NCBI RefSeq assembly: GCF_053078305.1
Contig: NZ_CP166879.1
Direction: 5' to 3' (one strand)
DNA length: 64,000 nt
In this document: piece after piece, positions 1 through 10,661 of the stretch
Layout of the letters: every line of letters begins with the position of its first letter
How positions within the stretch are numbered: position 1 is the stretch's first letter
Made by a program: the position numbers and the translations under genes
Notes under the pieces: model-generated
What the model was told of the DNA's origin: nothing
Database searches by the model: none
The model's input: only the letters and a program-made list of their open reading frames with translations

Positions 1-54
1 CCCCCCTTCCCCTGTGCTACACTTCGCGCCATTCCTTACTGCTTAGAGTTTGCT

Positions 55-1065
55 ATGAGACGAGAACTTGCCATCGAATTTTCCCGCGTCACCGAATCAG
101 CGGCGCTGGCTGGCTACAAATGGTTAGGACGCGGCGATAAAAACACCGCGGACGGCGCGGCGGTAAACGCCATGCGTATTATGCTCAACCAGGTCAACAT
201 TGACGGCACCATCGTCATTGGTGAAGGTGAAATCGACGAAGCACCGATGCTCTACATTGGTGAAAAAGTCGGTACCGGTCGCGGCGACGCAGTAGATATT
301 GCTGTTGATCCGATTGAAGGCACGCGCATGACGGCGATGGGTCAGGCTAACGCGCTGGCGGTGCTGGCAGTAGGCGATAAAGGCTGTTTCCTCAACGCGC
401 CAGATATGTATATGGAGAAGCTGATCGTCGGACCGGGAGCCAAAGGCACCATTGATCTGAACCTGCCGCTGGCGGATAACCTGCGCAATGTTGCGGCGGC
501 GCTCGGCAAACCGTTGAGCGAACTGACGGTAACGATTCTGGCTAAACCACGCCACGATGCCGTTATCGCTGAAATGCAGCAACTCGGCGTACGCGTATTT
601 GCTATTCCGGATGGCGACGTTGCGGCCTCAATTCTCACCTGTATGCCAGACAGCGAAGTTGACGTGCTGTACGGTATTGGTGGCGCGCCGGAAGGCGTGG
701 TTTCTGCGGCGGTGATCCGCGCATTAGATGGCGACATGAACGGTCGTCTGCTGGCGCGTCATGACGTCAAAGGCGACAATGAAGAGAATCGTCGCATTGG
801 CGAGCAGGAGCTGGCACGCTGCAAAGCGATGGGCATCGAAGCCGGTAAAGTATTGCGTCTGGGCGATATGGCGCGCAGCGATAACGTCATCTTCTCTGCC
901 ACCGGTATTACCAAAGGCGATCTGCTGGAAGGCATTAGCCGCAAAGGCAATATCGCGACTACCGAAACGCTGCTGATCCGCGGCAAATCACGCACCATTC
1001 GCCGCATTCAGTCTATCCACTATCTGGATCGCAAAGACCCGGAAATGCAGGTGCACATCCTCTGA
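55..1065 (+). CDS. glpX: Fructose-1,6-bisphosphatase class II
   Basis: 336-aa ORF, sequence and length recognised as GlpX; follows end of glpK at window start. Confidence 0.95.
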   Translation: MRRELAIEFSRVTESAALAGYKWLGRGDKNTADGAAVNAMRIMLNQVNIDGTIVIGEGEIDEAPMLYIGEKVGTGRGDAVDIAVDPIEGTRMTAMGQANALAVLAVGDKGCFLNAPDMYMEKLIVGPGAKGTIDLNLPLADNLRNVAAALGKPLSELTVTILAKPRHDAVIAEMQQLGVRVFAIPDGDVAASILTCMPDSEVDVLYGIGGAPEGVVSAAVIRALDGDMNGRLLARHDVKGDNEENRRIGEQELARCKAMGIEAGKVLRLGDMARSDNVIFSATGITKGDLLEGISRKGNIATTETLLIRGKSRTIRRIQSIHYLDRKDPEMQVHIL

Positions 1066-1087
1066 TTGATTTGATCGATTGAGCCTT

Positions 1088-1113
1088 CCAGTCCTTCGGG
1101 ACTGGAATTTTTT
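1088..1113 (+). terminator. Rho-independent terminator after glpX
   Basis: GC hairpin ccagtcc-ttcg-ggactgg followed by T-run. Confidence 0.7.
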
Positions 1114-1161
1114 TGTTCGGAGAACGAAGATAAGGCAAGTCAATCAAAACAGGAGAAAAAC

Positions 1162-1908
1162 ATGGCTGATTGGGTAACAGGCAAAGTCACTAAAGTGCAG
1201 AACTGGACCGACGCCCTGTTTAGTCTCACCGTTCACGCTCCCGTGCTTCCGTTTACCGCCGGGCAATTTACCAAGCTTGGCCTTGAAATCGACGGCGAAC
1301 GCGTCCAGCGCGCCTACTCCTATGTTAACTCGCCCGATAATCCCGATCTGGAGTTTTACCTGGTCACCGTCCCCGATGGCAAATTAAGCCCACGATTGGC
1401 GGCACTGAAACCGGGCGATGAAGTGCAGGTGGTTAGCGAAGCAGCTGGCTTCTTTGTTCTGGATGAAGTACCAGATTGCGAAACGCTATGGATGCTGGCA
1501 ACCGGTACAGCGATTGGCCCTTATTTATCGATTCTACAACTAGGCAAAGATTTAGATCGCTTCAAAAATCTGGTCCTGGTGCACGCCGCACGTTATGCCG
1601 CCGACTTAAGCTATTTGCCACTGATGCAAGAACTGGAAAAACGCTACGAAGGAAAACTGCGCATTCAGACGGTGGTCAGTCGGGAAACGGCAGCGGGTTC
1701 GCTCACCGGACGGATACCGGCGTTAATTGAAAGTGGTGAACTGGAAAGCGCGGTTGGCCTGCCGATGAATAAAGAAACCAGCCATGTGATGCTGTGCGGC
1801 AATCCACAGATGGTGCGCGATACGCAACAGTTGCTGAAAGAGACCCGGCAGATGACGAAACATTTACGTCGCCGACCGGGTCACATGACAGCGGAGCATT
1901 ACTGGTAA
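1162..1908 (+). CDS. fpr: Ferredoxin/flavodoxin-NADP+ reductase
   Basis: 248-aa ORF recognised as Fpr. Confidence 0.95.
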   Translation: MADWVTGKVTKVQNWTDALFSLTVHAPVLPFTAGQFTKLGLEIDGERVQRAYSYVNSPDNPDLEFYLVTVPDGKLSPRLAALKPGDEVQVVSEAAGFFVLDEVPDCETLWMLATGTAIGPYLSILQLGKDLDRFKNLVLVHAARYAADLSYLPLMQELEKRYEGKLRIQTVVSRETAAGSLTGRIPALIESGELESAVGLPMNKETSHVMLCGNPQMVRDTQQLLKETRQMTKHLRRRPGHMTAEHYW

Positions 1909-1912
1909 GCGG

Positions 1913-2341
1913 TTACTTATCGATAAACGGCACGATGAGCAAATCCGCACTCAACTTATTGATCATCCCGCGATATGCCGGCATCAAACGGTTGATAAAT
2001 GAGTGGTGATGACCACAGACAAGGAGGTCGCACTGCTCTTTTTGCATAATTTCCAGCAGTGTTTCCGGCATTTCTCCGCGTTCAATACGCAGTTTTGTCT
2101 TCGGCCATTGAATATTTTTCGTCAGTTTATACAGCTTGTTATCCGACTTATTCTTCAACAATTGAAGAATATCTTCTGTTGCAGGGAAGTAGATACCCGG
2201 ATACAACTCGCTTAAGCCATCATCAATATGAATTAACGTCAGGTGAGCGTCATTATGTCTGGCGAGCTCCAGGGCTTTATTCACCAGTAAGGCATCTTCT
2301 TCATTCCCGGAAATTGCCACGCCAATGTGTTTATAAGCCAT
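1913..2341 (-). CDS. uspD: Universal stress protein D
   Basis: 142-aa ORF recognised as UspD (YiiT). Confidence 0.9.
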   Translation of the reverse strand: MAYKHIGVAISGNEEDALLVNKALELARHNDAHLTLIHIDDGLSELYPGIYFPATEDILQLLKNKSDNKLYKLTKNIQWPKTKLRIERGEMPETLLEIMQKEQCDLLVCGHHHSFINRLMPAYRGMINKLSADLLIVPFIDK

Positions 2342-2367
2342 GTTTAACTCCTTCTAAAGCAACTCCA

Positions 2368-2667
2368 TCAAGCTAACGAACGCAGTGATAACTCAAAAAT
2401 AATCATCTCGGCCTGGCATGAGAAGGTGAAGGCCGCATCAAGCTCAACTTGCCCCTCCAGATCCTTAATCTTATAGGCCACGCTGGCCCCTTCATCTGCA
2501 GAGGATGCAGCGGCGGCAAGCTCTTTCAGTTTGGTCATAAAGGACTCTGCTTCTTCGCGGGTGGCAAAAAAGCGCGAAAACTTACTGGTACAGTTGTCGT
2601 TATCAATCACCGTACCGATATCAATCGCACATCCTTTAGTACTGCATTTATCTACGACATCTTTCAT
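2368..2667 (-). CDS. yiiS: DUF406 family protein YiiS
   Basis: 99-aa ORF, K-12 synteny. Confidence 0.85.
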   Translation of the reverse strand: MKDVVDKCSTKGCAIDIGTVIDNDNCTSKFSRFFATREEAESFMTKLKELAAAASSADEGASVAYKIKDLEGQVELDAAFTFSCQAEMIIFELSLRSLA

Positions 2668-2878
2668 AGGGCACCTCTGTATATTCGCCTCTCTGTCGAT
2701 TACGACTTAAGAATAATGCGCCGTTAAGGGAAGAACAAACAAGTAATGATCTTATGGATTACCATTTTTTTTGATATTGCTTAAGGTGAAGAGTTCAGAA
2801 GGATTTTCCGGGCATTGTCATTTGCATCGTGGAAATAACAATCCCGGAAAAAAATAGCAGTAAGAGATATATTAAAGG

Positions 2879-3319
2879 TTAATTACTTGATTTATTGTCG
2901 GCTTTATACTTCACATCCTGAGTATCTTTACCATATTTATTTTCGCCTTGTGTGCCAACAAACGCACCAAGATCGATAAGCATCATCACCAGAATCAACG
3001 TCGGGACAAAACGCCCTACCGCCCATTGCCAGACACCCGGTAAAATCGCCCAGTTACCCGCCAGTAGCATCCACGCCACAATCATCAGAAATGCCCATGC
3101 GCCGGAACGCCCGCGATCATGCAAGCGCTTAACGGTTACTGCCGCTGTTGGCCAGAGCAAGCACACAAGGCAAAACGCCGCGGTCTGAATATCGAGTAAA
3201 TTTTTACCCGCCAGTGAGAAAAGCACCAGCATGCCTGCGAACCACAGGCCTATCCAAATCCAGAAATCACGGCGTCCAATACGCCCTTTAAATGAGAATA
3301 ACCATTGCTGTATGGTCAT
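2879..3319 (-). CDS. yiiR: DUF805 inner membrane protein YiiR
   Basis: 146-aa hydrophobic ORF, K-12 synteny. Confidence 0.85.
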   Translation of the reverse strand: MTIQQWLFSFKGRIGRRDFWIWIGLWFAGMLVLFSLAGKNLLDIQTAAFCLVCLLWPTAAVTVKRLHDRGRSGAWAFLMIVAWMLLAGNWAILPGVWQWAVGRFVPTLILVMMLIDLGAFVGTQGENKYGKDTQDVKYKADNKSSN

Positions 3320-3419
3320 GTAAGTTCCTTGATGGTTGTCTTTTCCAGGATTCTACCCTTTTGACAAGGGCGACAGATATCGTTTTAATCGGAGCCAGTC
3401 ATAACAAAAGGTACTGTCA

Positions 3420-4019
3420 ATGAAGCCAGGGTGTACGCTGTTTTTTCTCTTATGTTCTGCATTAACCGTTACAACAACGGCGCATGCACAAACACCAGAT
3501 ACGGCAACGACCGCGCCTTATCTGCTGGCTGGAGCCCCTACTTTCGATCTCTCCATCAGCCAGTTTCGAGAAGACTTTAACAGCCAGAATCCCAGCCTGC
3601 CACTGAACGAATTTCGTGCCATCGACAGCAGTCCCGACAAAGCCAATCTCACTCGTGCTGCAAGTAAAATTAACGAGAACTTGTATGCTTCTACAGCGCT
3701 GGAGCGCGGTACCTTAAAAATCAAAAGCATTCAAATGACCTGGCTACCCATCCAGGGGCCAAAGCAAAAAGCCGCGAAAGCGAAAGCTCAGGAATACATG
3801 GCAGCGGTGATCCGCACACTCACCCCATTAATGACCAAAACACAAAGCCAGAAAAAACTGCAGTCGCTACTAACGGCGGGGAAAAACAAACGTTATTACA
3901 CCGAGACAGAAGGTGCACTGCGTTATGTTGTCGCGGACAACGGCGAAAAGGGGCTGACCTTCGCTGTTGAACCGATTAAGCTGGCGCTATCTGAATCGCT
4001 TGAAGGTTTGAATAAATGA
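3420..4019 (+). CDS. yiiQ: Periplasmic DUF1454 protein YiiQ
   Basis: 199-aa ORF with N-terminal signal peptide, K-12 synteny. Confidence 0.85.
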   Translation: MKPGCTLFFLLCSALTVTTTAHAQTPDTATTAPYLLAGAPTFDLSISQFREDFNSQNPSLPLNEFRAIDSSPDKANLTRAASKINENLYASTALERGTLKIKSIQMTWLPIQGPKQKAAKAKAQEYMAAVIRTLTPLMTKTQSQKKLQSLLTAGKNKRYYTETEGALRYVVADNGEKGLTFAVEPIKLALSESLEGLNK

Positions 4020-4126
4020 CAAAAAGCAAAGCCTTTGTGCCGATGAATCTCTATACTGTTTCACAGACCTGCTGCCCTGCGGGGCGGCCATCTTCCTTTA
4101 TTCGCTTATAAGCGTGGAGAATTAAA

Positions 4127-4894
4127 ATGCGACATCCTTTAGTGATGGGTAACTGGAAACTGAACGGCAGCCGCCACATGGTTCACGAGCTGGTTTCTAA
4201 CCTGCGTAAAGAGCTGGCAGGTGTTGCTGGCTGTGCGGTTGCAATCGCACCACCGGAAATGTACATCGATATGGCGAAGCGTGAAGCTGAAGGCAGCCAC
4301 ATCATGCTGGGTGCGCAAAACGTGGACCTGAACCTGTCCGGCGCATTCACCGGTGAAACCTCTGCTGCTATGCTGAAAGACATCGGCGCACAGTACATCA
4401 TCATCGGCCACTCTGAACGTCGTACTTACCACAAAGAGTCTGACGAACTGATCGCGAAAAAATTCGCGGTGCTGAAAGAGCAGGGCCTGACTCCGGTTCT
4501 GTGCATCGGTGAAACCGAAGCTGAAAACGAAGCGGGCAAAACTGAAGAAGTTTGCGCACGTCAGATCGACGCGGTACTGAAAACTCAGGGTGCTGCGGCA
4601 TTCGAAGGTGCGGTTATCGCTTACGAACCTGTATGGGCAATCGGTACTGGCAAATCTGCAACTCCGGCTCAGGCACAGGCTGTTCACAAATTCATCCGTG
4701 ACCACATCGCTAAAGTTGACGCTAACATCGCTGAACAAGTGATCATTCAGTACGGCGGCTCTGTAAACGCGTCTAACGCTGCAGAACTGTTTGCTCAGCC
4801 AGACATCGACGGCGCGCTGGTTGGCGGTGCGTCTCTGAAAGCTGACGCTTTCGCAGTAATCGTTAAAGCTGCAGAAGCGGCTAAACAGGCTTAA
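4127..4894 (+). CDS. tpiA: Triosephosphate isomerase
   Basis: 255-aa ORF recognised as TpiA. Confidence 0.97.
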
Positions 4895-4902
4895 GTCTGA
4901 CA

Positions 4903-4930
4903 GGTGCCGGATTTCATATCCGGCACTTAC
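4903..4930. terminator. Bidirectional hairpin between convergent tpiA and cdh
   Basis: Inverted repeat gtgccggat-ttcat-atccggcac. Confidence 0.6.
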
Positions 4931-4948
4931 TTTCCTTAACTCTTCGCC

Positions 4949-5704
4949 TTAACGCAAAATCTCACACTGATGATCCTGAATTTCCTCGGCTGAAGCACGG
5001 TTAAGCGTCAGTAGATTTCGTTGTGTCGCCAGCAATACAAATGAGTTATCACTCTGCCGTACCATCGCCAGCCCGTAGCTTCCCATATGTTCCCGCGCCT
5101 CAGGTACTTCTTCTGCCAGCATCATAAATGGGCTGCGTTGTACCAGTTCGCTTTCCGTTACCCGACGCGCCAGGTATTCATGCCCGCGCAAACCACCTGG
5201 CAGTGGCAACCAGCGGCTGCTGATGTTCGCCAGATTGTTATCCAGTTGTTCGCGCACATCAGGACGAATACAAGAGATATGAATATGAAAATGGTTTTGC
5301 GTACGCCCGGTGCGGGAGTTGATCGCCAAAGAAACCGCGCGATCGGGAACCGGCTGACCGTATTTTTTGCTCATAAAATCACGCGCCTGCCAGGCCAACC
5401 AAAAGAAGTTCGGCGTTGAAGGATCGGTCAACAAAGGACTTTCAGTTCCGTTAATACGATACGTTGGCATCAACAGATATTGCAGTGGGCCATTAAGATC
5501 TTTTAAAACCACGTATCCGGCATTGGGTTTGACTTCCGCACATGGCGAAGGATTTTGATTTTGCTGCTGATTGGGCAAACATTCCTCAAGGACAATCTTA
5601 CGTAATGTATCCGACTCTTCACCGGTTAATTTCCAGTAACCAATACCGGCAGCCACAACGGCGATAACTATCATCACCAAAAAAAGAAGACCCGCTTTTT
5701 TCAT
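4949..5704 (-). CDS. cdh: CDP-diacylglycerol pyrophosphatase
   Basis: Track ORF is 315 aa; trimmed to internal ATG (MKKAGLLF...) giving the 251-aa Cdh with N-terminal membrane anchor. Confidence 0.9.
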   Translation of the reverse strand: MKKAGLLFLVMIVIAVVAAGIGYWKLTGEESDTLRKIVLEECLPNQQQNQNPSPCAEVKPNAGYVVLKDLNGPLQYLLMPTYRINGTESPLLTDPSTPNFFWLAWQARDFMSKKYGQPVPDRAVSLAINSRTGRTQNHFHIHISCIRPDVREQLDNNLANISSRWLPLPGGLRGHEYLARRVTESELVQRSPFMMLAEEVPEAREHMGSYGLAMVRQSDNSFVLLATQRNLLTLNRASAEEIQDHQCEILR

Positions 5705-5810
5705 CTTTTTTTCCCTGTACCTCAAAGAGATGCAAGGGTAACGCAAAATCGTGACAAATAAAAAACCCGGTCGCGAGAAACCACCGGGTTTGATAATTAT
5801 CCTGGAGAAA

Positions 5811-6800
5811 TCAGCGTTTGCTGATCTGATCGAACGTACCGCCGTTAGCAAAATGCTCTTTTTGCGCTTTCGTCCAGCCGCCGAACTCTTCATCAATGGT
5901 GAATAACTTCAGCTTTGGAAACGCATTTTCGTACTTTTTCGCCACCTCAGCGTCGCGCGGACGGTAGTAGTTTTTCGCGGCAATTTCCTGACCTTCTGGC
6001 GAGTAGAGATATTTCAGGTAGGCTTCCGCCACCTCTTTAGTACCTTTTTTCTCGACCACTTTATCGACCACCGACACGGTTGGCTCTGCGAGGATAGACT
6101 CACTCGGCGTGACGATTTCGAATTTATCTTTCCCCAGTTCATTCGCTGCCAGCAGAGCTTCGTTTTCCCAGGCAATCAGTACATCGCCAATTCCGCGCTC
6201 GACAAAAGTGTTAGTGGAGCCACGCGCGCCAGAATCCAGAACTTCGACGTTTTTATACAGTGCCCGAACAAAATCCTGTGCTTTTGCCTGATCGTTGTTG
6301 TTGTGATGCAGCGCGTAGCCCCAGGCAGCCAGGTAATTCCAGCGCGCGCCACCAGAGCTTTTCGGATTAGGCGTGATCACTGAAACACCCGGTTTAATCA
6401 GATCGTTCCAGTCATGGATCTGCTTCGGATTTCCCTTACGTACCAGGAAAACAATGGTGGAAGTGTACGGTGCGGAGTTATCCGGCAGACGTTTGATCCA
6501 CTCTTTATCAATCCGCCCGCGTTCCGCAATTGCGTCCACGTCATAGGCCAGAGCCAGCGTGACAACATCAGCTTCAATACCGTTGATTACCGACGTCGCT
6601 TGTTTACCTGAACCACCGTGTGACTGACGAATCACCACGTTATCACCAGTTTGCTGTTTCCAGTGGGCGCTGAATGCCTTGTTGTACTGTTCGTACAATT
6701 CGCGCGTTGGATCATATGAAACGTTAAGAAGCTGAATATCCTTTGCCATAACGCTGGTTGTCGCCAGCAAAAATGTTAACCCTACGCCCCACTTGTTCAT
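5811..6800 (-). CDS. sbp: Sulfate/thiosulfate periplasmic binding protein
   Basis: 329-aa ORF with signal peptide, recognised as Sbp. Confidence 0.93.
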   Translation of the reverse strand: MNKWGVGLTFLLATTSVMAKDIQLLNVSYDPTRELYEQYNKAFSAHWKQQTGDNVVIRQSHGGSGKQATSVINGIEADVVTLALAYDVDAIAERGRIDKEWIKRLPDNSAPYTSTIVFLVRKGNPKQIHDWNDLIKPGVSVITPNPKSSGGARWNYLAAWGYALHHNNNDQAKAQDFVRALYKNVEVLDSGARGSTNTFVERGIGDVLIAWENEALLAANELGKDKFEIVTPSESILAEPTVSVVDKVVEKKGTKEVAEAYLKYLYSPEGQEIAAKNYYRPRDAEVAKKYENAFPKLKLFTIDEEFGGWTKAQKEHFANGGTFDQISKR

Positions 6801-6963
6801 CGCCCGACTCTCTTATGTTGTGTTGTGATGAGCAAAGCGTGCCAGAAGGTTAACCAAACATTAAAGAATAAAAAAAGATTGGCTATAACTTGCGGGTATA
6901 TGTTGGGGGTTAAAAAGGCGGAAGAAATCCGCCTCATATTGCTGACAAAGTGCGCTTTATCAA

Positions 6964-7066
6964 TGCCGGATGCGGCGCGAACGCCTTATCCGGCCTACAA
7001 AAGTTTGTAAATTCAATAAATTGCAGAATTCACGTAGGCCTGATAAGCGAAGCGCATCAGGCATTT
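6964..7066. repeat. REP/BIME element pair
   Basis: gccggatgcggcg...cttatccggcctac and inverted gtaggcctgataagcg...gcatcaggc motifs. Confidence 0.85.
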
Positions 7067-7118
7067 TTGCTTCTGTCATCGGTTTCAGGCTAAAGGAATC
7101 TGCCTTTTTCCGAAATCA

Positions 7119-8081
7119 TTAATACAGTTTTTTCGCGCAATCCAGCCAGTCGCCTTTGAACGGACGCTTCATGTTTTCGATAGCGTCGATGATGTCGTGG
7201 TGAACCAGCTGTTCGTTCTGGATACCTACGCAACGACCGCCGTAACCTGCCAGCAGCAGATCGATAGCGTAAGCGCCCATACGGGAAGCCAGAATACGGT
7301 CGTAAGGCACCGGAGAACCACCGCGCTGGATGTGGCCCAGCACAGTTGCGCGGGTTTCACGACCGGTTTCTTTCTCGATGAAATGCGCCAGTTCGTCAAC
7401 ATCACACATATGTTCGGTAATCGCCACGATCGCGTGTTTTTTACCTTTCGCGATACCCGCTTTGATTTCGTTTACCAGGTCTTCACGGCTGAATTCAACT
7501 TCCGGAACCACAACGAATTCACAGCCACCGGCAATAGCCGCAGCCAGCGTCAGATCGCCACAATAACGGCCCATCACTTCCACCACGGAAATACGCTGGT
7601 GAGAAGAAGAGGTGTCACGCAGACGGTCGATCGCTTCTACAACGGTGCTCAGCGCAGTGAAGAAACCGATAGTGTAGTCAGTGCCTTTGATGTCGTTGTC
7701 GATAGTGCCCGGCAGGCCGATGCACGGGAAGCCCATTTCGGTCAGACGCATTGCACCCATGTAGGAACCGTCACCGCCGATAACCACCAGCGCATCGATC
7801 CCACGTTTTTTCAGGTTTTCGATAGCCACGGCGCGGATGTTCTCGTCGCGGAATTCCGGGAAACGCGCAGAACCGAGGAACGTACCGCCACGGTTGATCA
7901 TGTCAGAAACGCTGTAACGGTCTAGCTGTACCATACGGTCTTCATACAGACCCAGATAGCCGTCATAAATGCCCATTACTTCCAGACCTTCTGTCAGCGC
8001 AGAACGAACAACCCCGCGAATTGCGGCGTTCATGCCTGGCGCATCACCGCCGCTTGTCAACACACCGATTTTCTTAATCAT
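7119..8081 (-). CDS. pfkA: 6-phosphofructokinase I
   Basis: Track ORF 352 aa; trimmed to [12 protein letters not shown] start giving 320-aa PfkA. Confidence 0.95.
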
Positions 8082-8261
8082 GACTACCTCTGAACTTTGG
8101 AATGCAAAATGAAATCTGTTGCCGGAAGTCTTCTTACACATCGAAGTGATCCAACGAATGTGCAAATAGTATAACAATCACTTCCTGCTGAATTGATTCA
8201 GGTCAGGCCAAATGGCGGTATTTTATACACAAAATGCGGGTCTGGCTCTCTTTTATACTGA

Positions 8262-9164
8262 TTATGAAAGCATAGACCGTTTACCCTCCCTGGGTACGAC
8301 GGAACAGGGGTCCTGATGGATAATCACATCCGATCCCGGAAAACGCCGTAAAATAGCCTGCTCTACCTGATCCGCCACCATATGTGCCTGAACCAAAGGC
8401 AGAGAGTCTTCCATTTCCAAATGAATCTGAATAAAGCGGGTCGGCCCTGACTGCCGCGTGCGAAGATCGTGAGCGCCGCTAACACCCGGCCAGGAAGTCA
8501 CGATATCAATAATTTCTTGCCGTTCCTCATCAGGCAATGCGCGATCCAGTAATGACTGTACCGCCTCATATCCCATGCGTAACGCGCTATATAAAATATA
8601 GATGCCGATTCCCAATGCAAACAGAGCATCGGCGCGATGCCAGCCGTACCAGGACAACCCCAGCGCGAGCAGAATTGCGCCGTTCATCATAACATCAGAC
8701 TGGTAATGTAGCATATCAGCCCGCACCGCCTGGCTTTGCGTCCGGCGCACCACCCAACGCTGAAACGAGACAAGGATAATCGTACAAATTAGCGCCACAA
8801 TTGTCACGATAACCCCGACGCCTGGATCTGTCATCGGTGTTGGAGATATCAGATGTTGAATACCCGTCAAAAACAGGAATAGTGCCGAACCGGAGATAAA
8901 CATACTTTGCGCCAGCGCCGCGAGGGACTCAGCTTTACCGTGACCAAACGAGTGATTATCGTCGGCAGGTTGCAGGGAATATCGCACCACCAGTAAATTC
9001 GTCAACGACGCGCCGATATCCACCAGCGAATCCACCAGCGCGGCGAGAATACTCACCGACCCGGTATACCACCATGCAAAAATTTTAATCAGCAATAGCA
9101 GCGAAGCCATCGCCGTCGCAGCAATCGCCGCCCGACTGACCAGCCGTCCATAAGATTGATTCAT
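8262..9164 (-). CDS. fieF: Cation diffusion facilitator Zn/Fe efflux transporter
   Basis: Track ORF 306 aa; trimmed to [13 protein letters not shown] start giving 300-aa FieF (YiiP). Confidence 0.92.
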
Positions 9165-9245
9165 AAATACTCCCGCTATCAACTGACGCTAGTATAACGG
9201 AAGCAAATCATCTGCAATGCATTAAGCAGCAGGCAAATTGAGGAT

Positions 9246-9312
9246 AAAAAAAACCCCCACATCATGTGGGGGAAGACAGGGATGGTGTCTATGGCAAGGA
9301 AAACAGGGTTTA
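9246..9312 (-). ncRNA. cpxQ: cpxP 3'UTR with intrinsic terminator; candidate CpxQ sRNA
   Basis: Immediately 3' of cpxP stop; hairpin cccccacatcatgtggggg followed by U8 on the minus strand; CpxQ is known to derive from the cpxP 3'UTR. Confidence 0.45.
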
Positions 9313-9813
9313 CTACTGGGAACGTGAGTTGCTACTACTCAATAGCTTCAACGATGAACTTTTTTGCCATTGCGTCACGTCGCGCAACTGCTCCATTCGT
9401 TGTTGATGTTTCTCGTTTAAAACCGCTTGCTGCTCCGGCGTTAACAGGCGATACATTTGGTTGCGGACTTTTGCCATCTCAACCTGACGAGCAATTTGCT
9501 CATTCGCCATTTTTTCTGCCTGTGCGCGCACAGCGTTTTCATCAAAATTTTCTGCGGTGACAAGGCGATGCATTGTCTCCAGTTCGCTAACATTAACAGG
9601 AGGCTGTTCGTGCCGGGCCTGTTGCATAAGATCTCGCATCTGCTGACGCTGATGTTCGGTTAAACTTATGCCGTCGAACATATGGCTCTGCGTACTGCGC
9701 TGCGTAAGTTCTTCACCCGGATGCCAGTTATCGCCTGAACCGACTTCAGCAGCGTGGCTTAATGAACTGACTGCCAGCGTTGAGGCCATGACGGCAGCGG
9801 TAACTATGCGCAT
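9313..9813 (-). CDS. cpxP: Periplasmic Cpx pathway inhibitor/adaptor CpxP
   Basis: 166-aa ORF from [11 protein letters not shown] start; divergent from cpxRA. Confidence 0.93.
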
Positions 9814-9892
9814 CATTTGCTCCCAAAATCTTTCTGTCGCGATTCAACGATAGAGAGTTTACGATTCAGGCTGCAAACATGCGTCAGGGGGT

Positions 9893-9907
9893 GTAAAACA
9901 ACGTAAA
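9893..9907. promoter_or_regulatory. CpxR-P binding site (GTAAA-N5-GTAAA) in divergent cpxP/cpxRA promoter
   Basis: Exact gtaaa-acaac-gtaaa tandem motif in the cpxP-cpxR intergenic region. Confidence 0.7.
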
Positions 9908-9962
9908 GTCATGGATTAGCGACGTCTGATGACGTAATTTCTGCCTCGGAGGTATTTAAACA

Positions 9963-10661
9963 ATGAATAAAATCCTGTTAGTTGATGATGACCGAGAGCT
10001 GACTTCCCTATTAAAGGAGCTGCTCGAGATGGAAGGCTTCAACGTGATTGTTGCCCACGATGGGGAACAGGCGCTTGATCTTCTGGACGACAGCATTGAT
10101 TTACTTTTGCTTGACGTAATGATGCCGAAGAAAAATGGTATCGACACATTAAAAGCACTTCGCCAGACACACCAGACGCCTGTCATTATGTTGACGGCGC
10201 GCGGCAGTGAACTTGATCGCGTTCTCGGCCTTGAGCTGGGCGCAGATGACTATCTCCCGAAACCGTTTAATGATCGTGAGCTGGTGGCACGTATTCGCGC
10301 GATCCTGCGCCGTTCGCACTGGAGCGAGCAACAGCAAAACAACGACAACGGTTCACCGACACTGGAAGTTGATGCCTTAGTACTGAATCCAGGCCGTCAG
10401 GAAGCCAGCTTCGACGGGCAAACGCTGGAGTTAACCGGTACTGAGTTTACCCTGCTCTATTTGCTGGCACAGCATCTGGGTCAGGTGGTTTCCCGTGAAC
10501 ATTTAAGCCAGGAAGTGCTGGGCAAACGCCTGACGCCTTTCGACCGCGCTATCGATATGCACATTTCCAACCTGCGTCGTAAACTGCCGGATCGTAAAGA
10601 TGGTCACCCGTGGTTTAAAACCTTGCGTGGTCGCGGCTACCTGATGGTTTCTGCTTCATGA
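9963..10661 (+). CDS. cpxR: Envelope stress response regulator (OmpR family)
   Basis: 232-aa ORF recognised as CpxR. Confidence 0.96.
   Translation: MNKILLVDDDRELTSLLKELLEMEGFNVIVAHDGEQALDLLDDSIDLLLLDVMMPKKNGIDTLKALRQTHQTPVIMLTARGSELDRVLGLELGADDYLPKPFNDRELVARIRAILRRSHWSEQQQNNDNGSPTLEVDALVLNPGRQEASFDGQTLELTGTEFTLLYLLAQHLGQVVSREHLSQEVLGKRLTPFDRAIDMHISNLRRKLPDRKDGHPWFKTLRGRGYLMVSAS

Noticed and set aside
6825-7010. 61-aa ORF in the sbp-pfkA intergenic region
   Set aside because: Runs through the REP element (translation of the palindromic repeat); no support as a gene.
7197-7925. 242-aa plus-strand ORF inside pfkA
   Set aside because: Entirely antisense to the well-supported pfkA CDS; typical spurious antisense ORF in a GC-rich gene.
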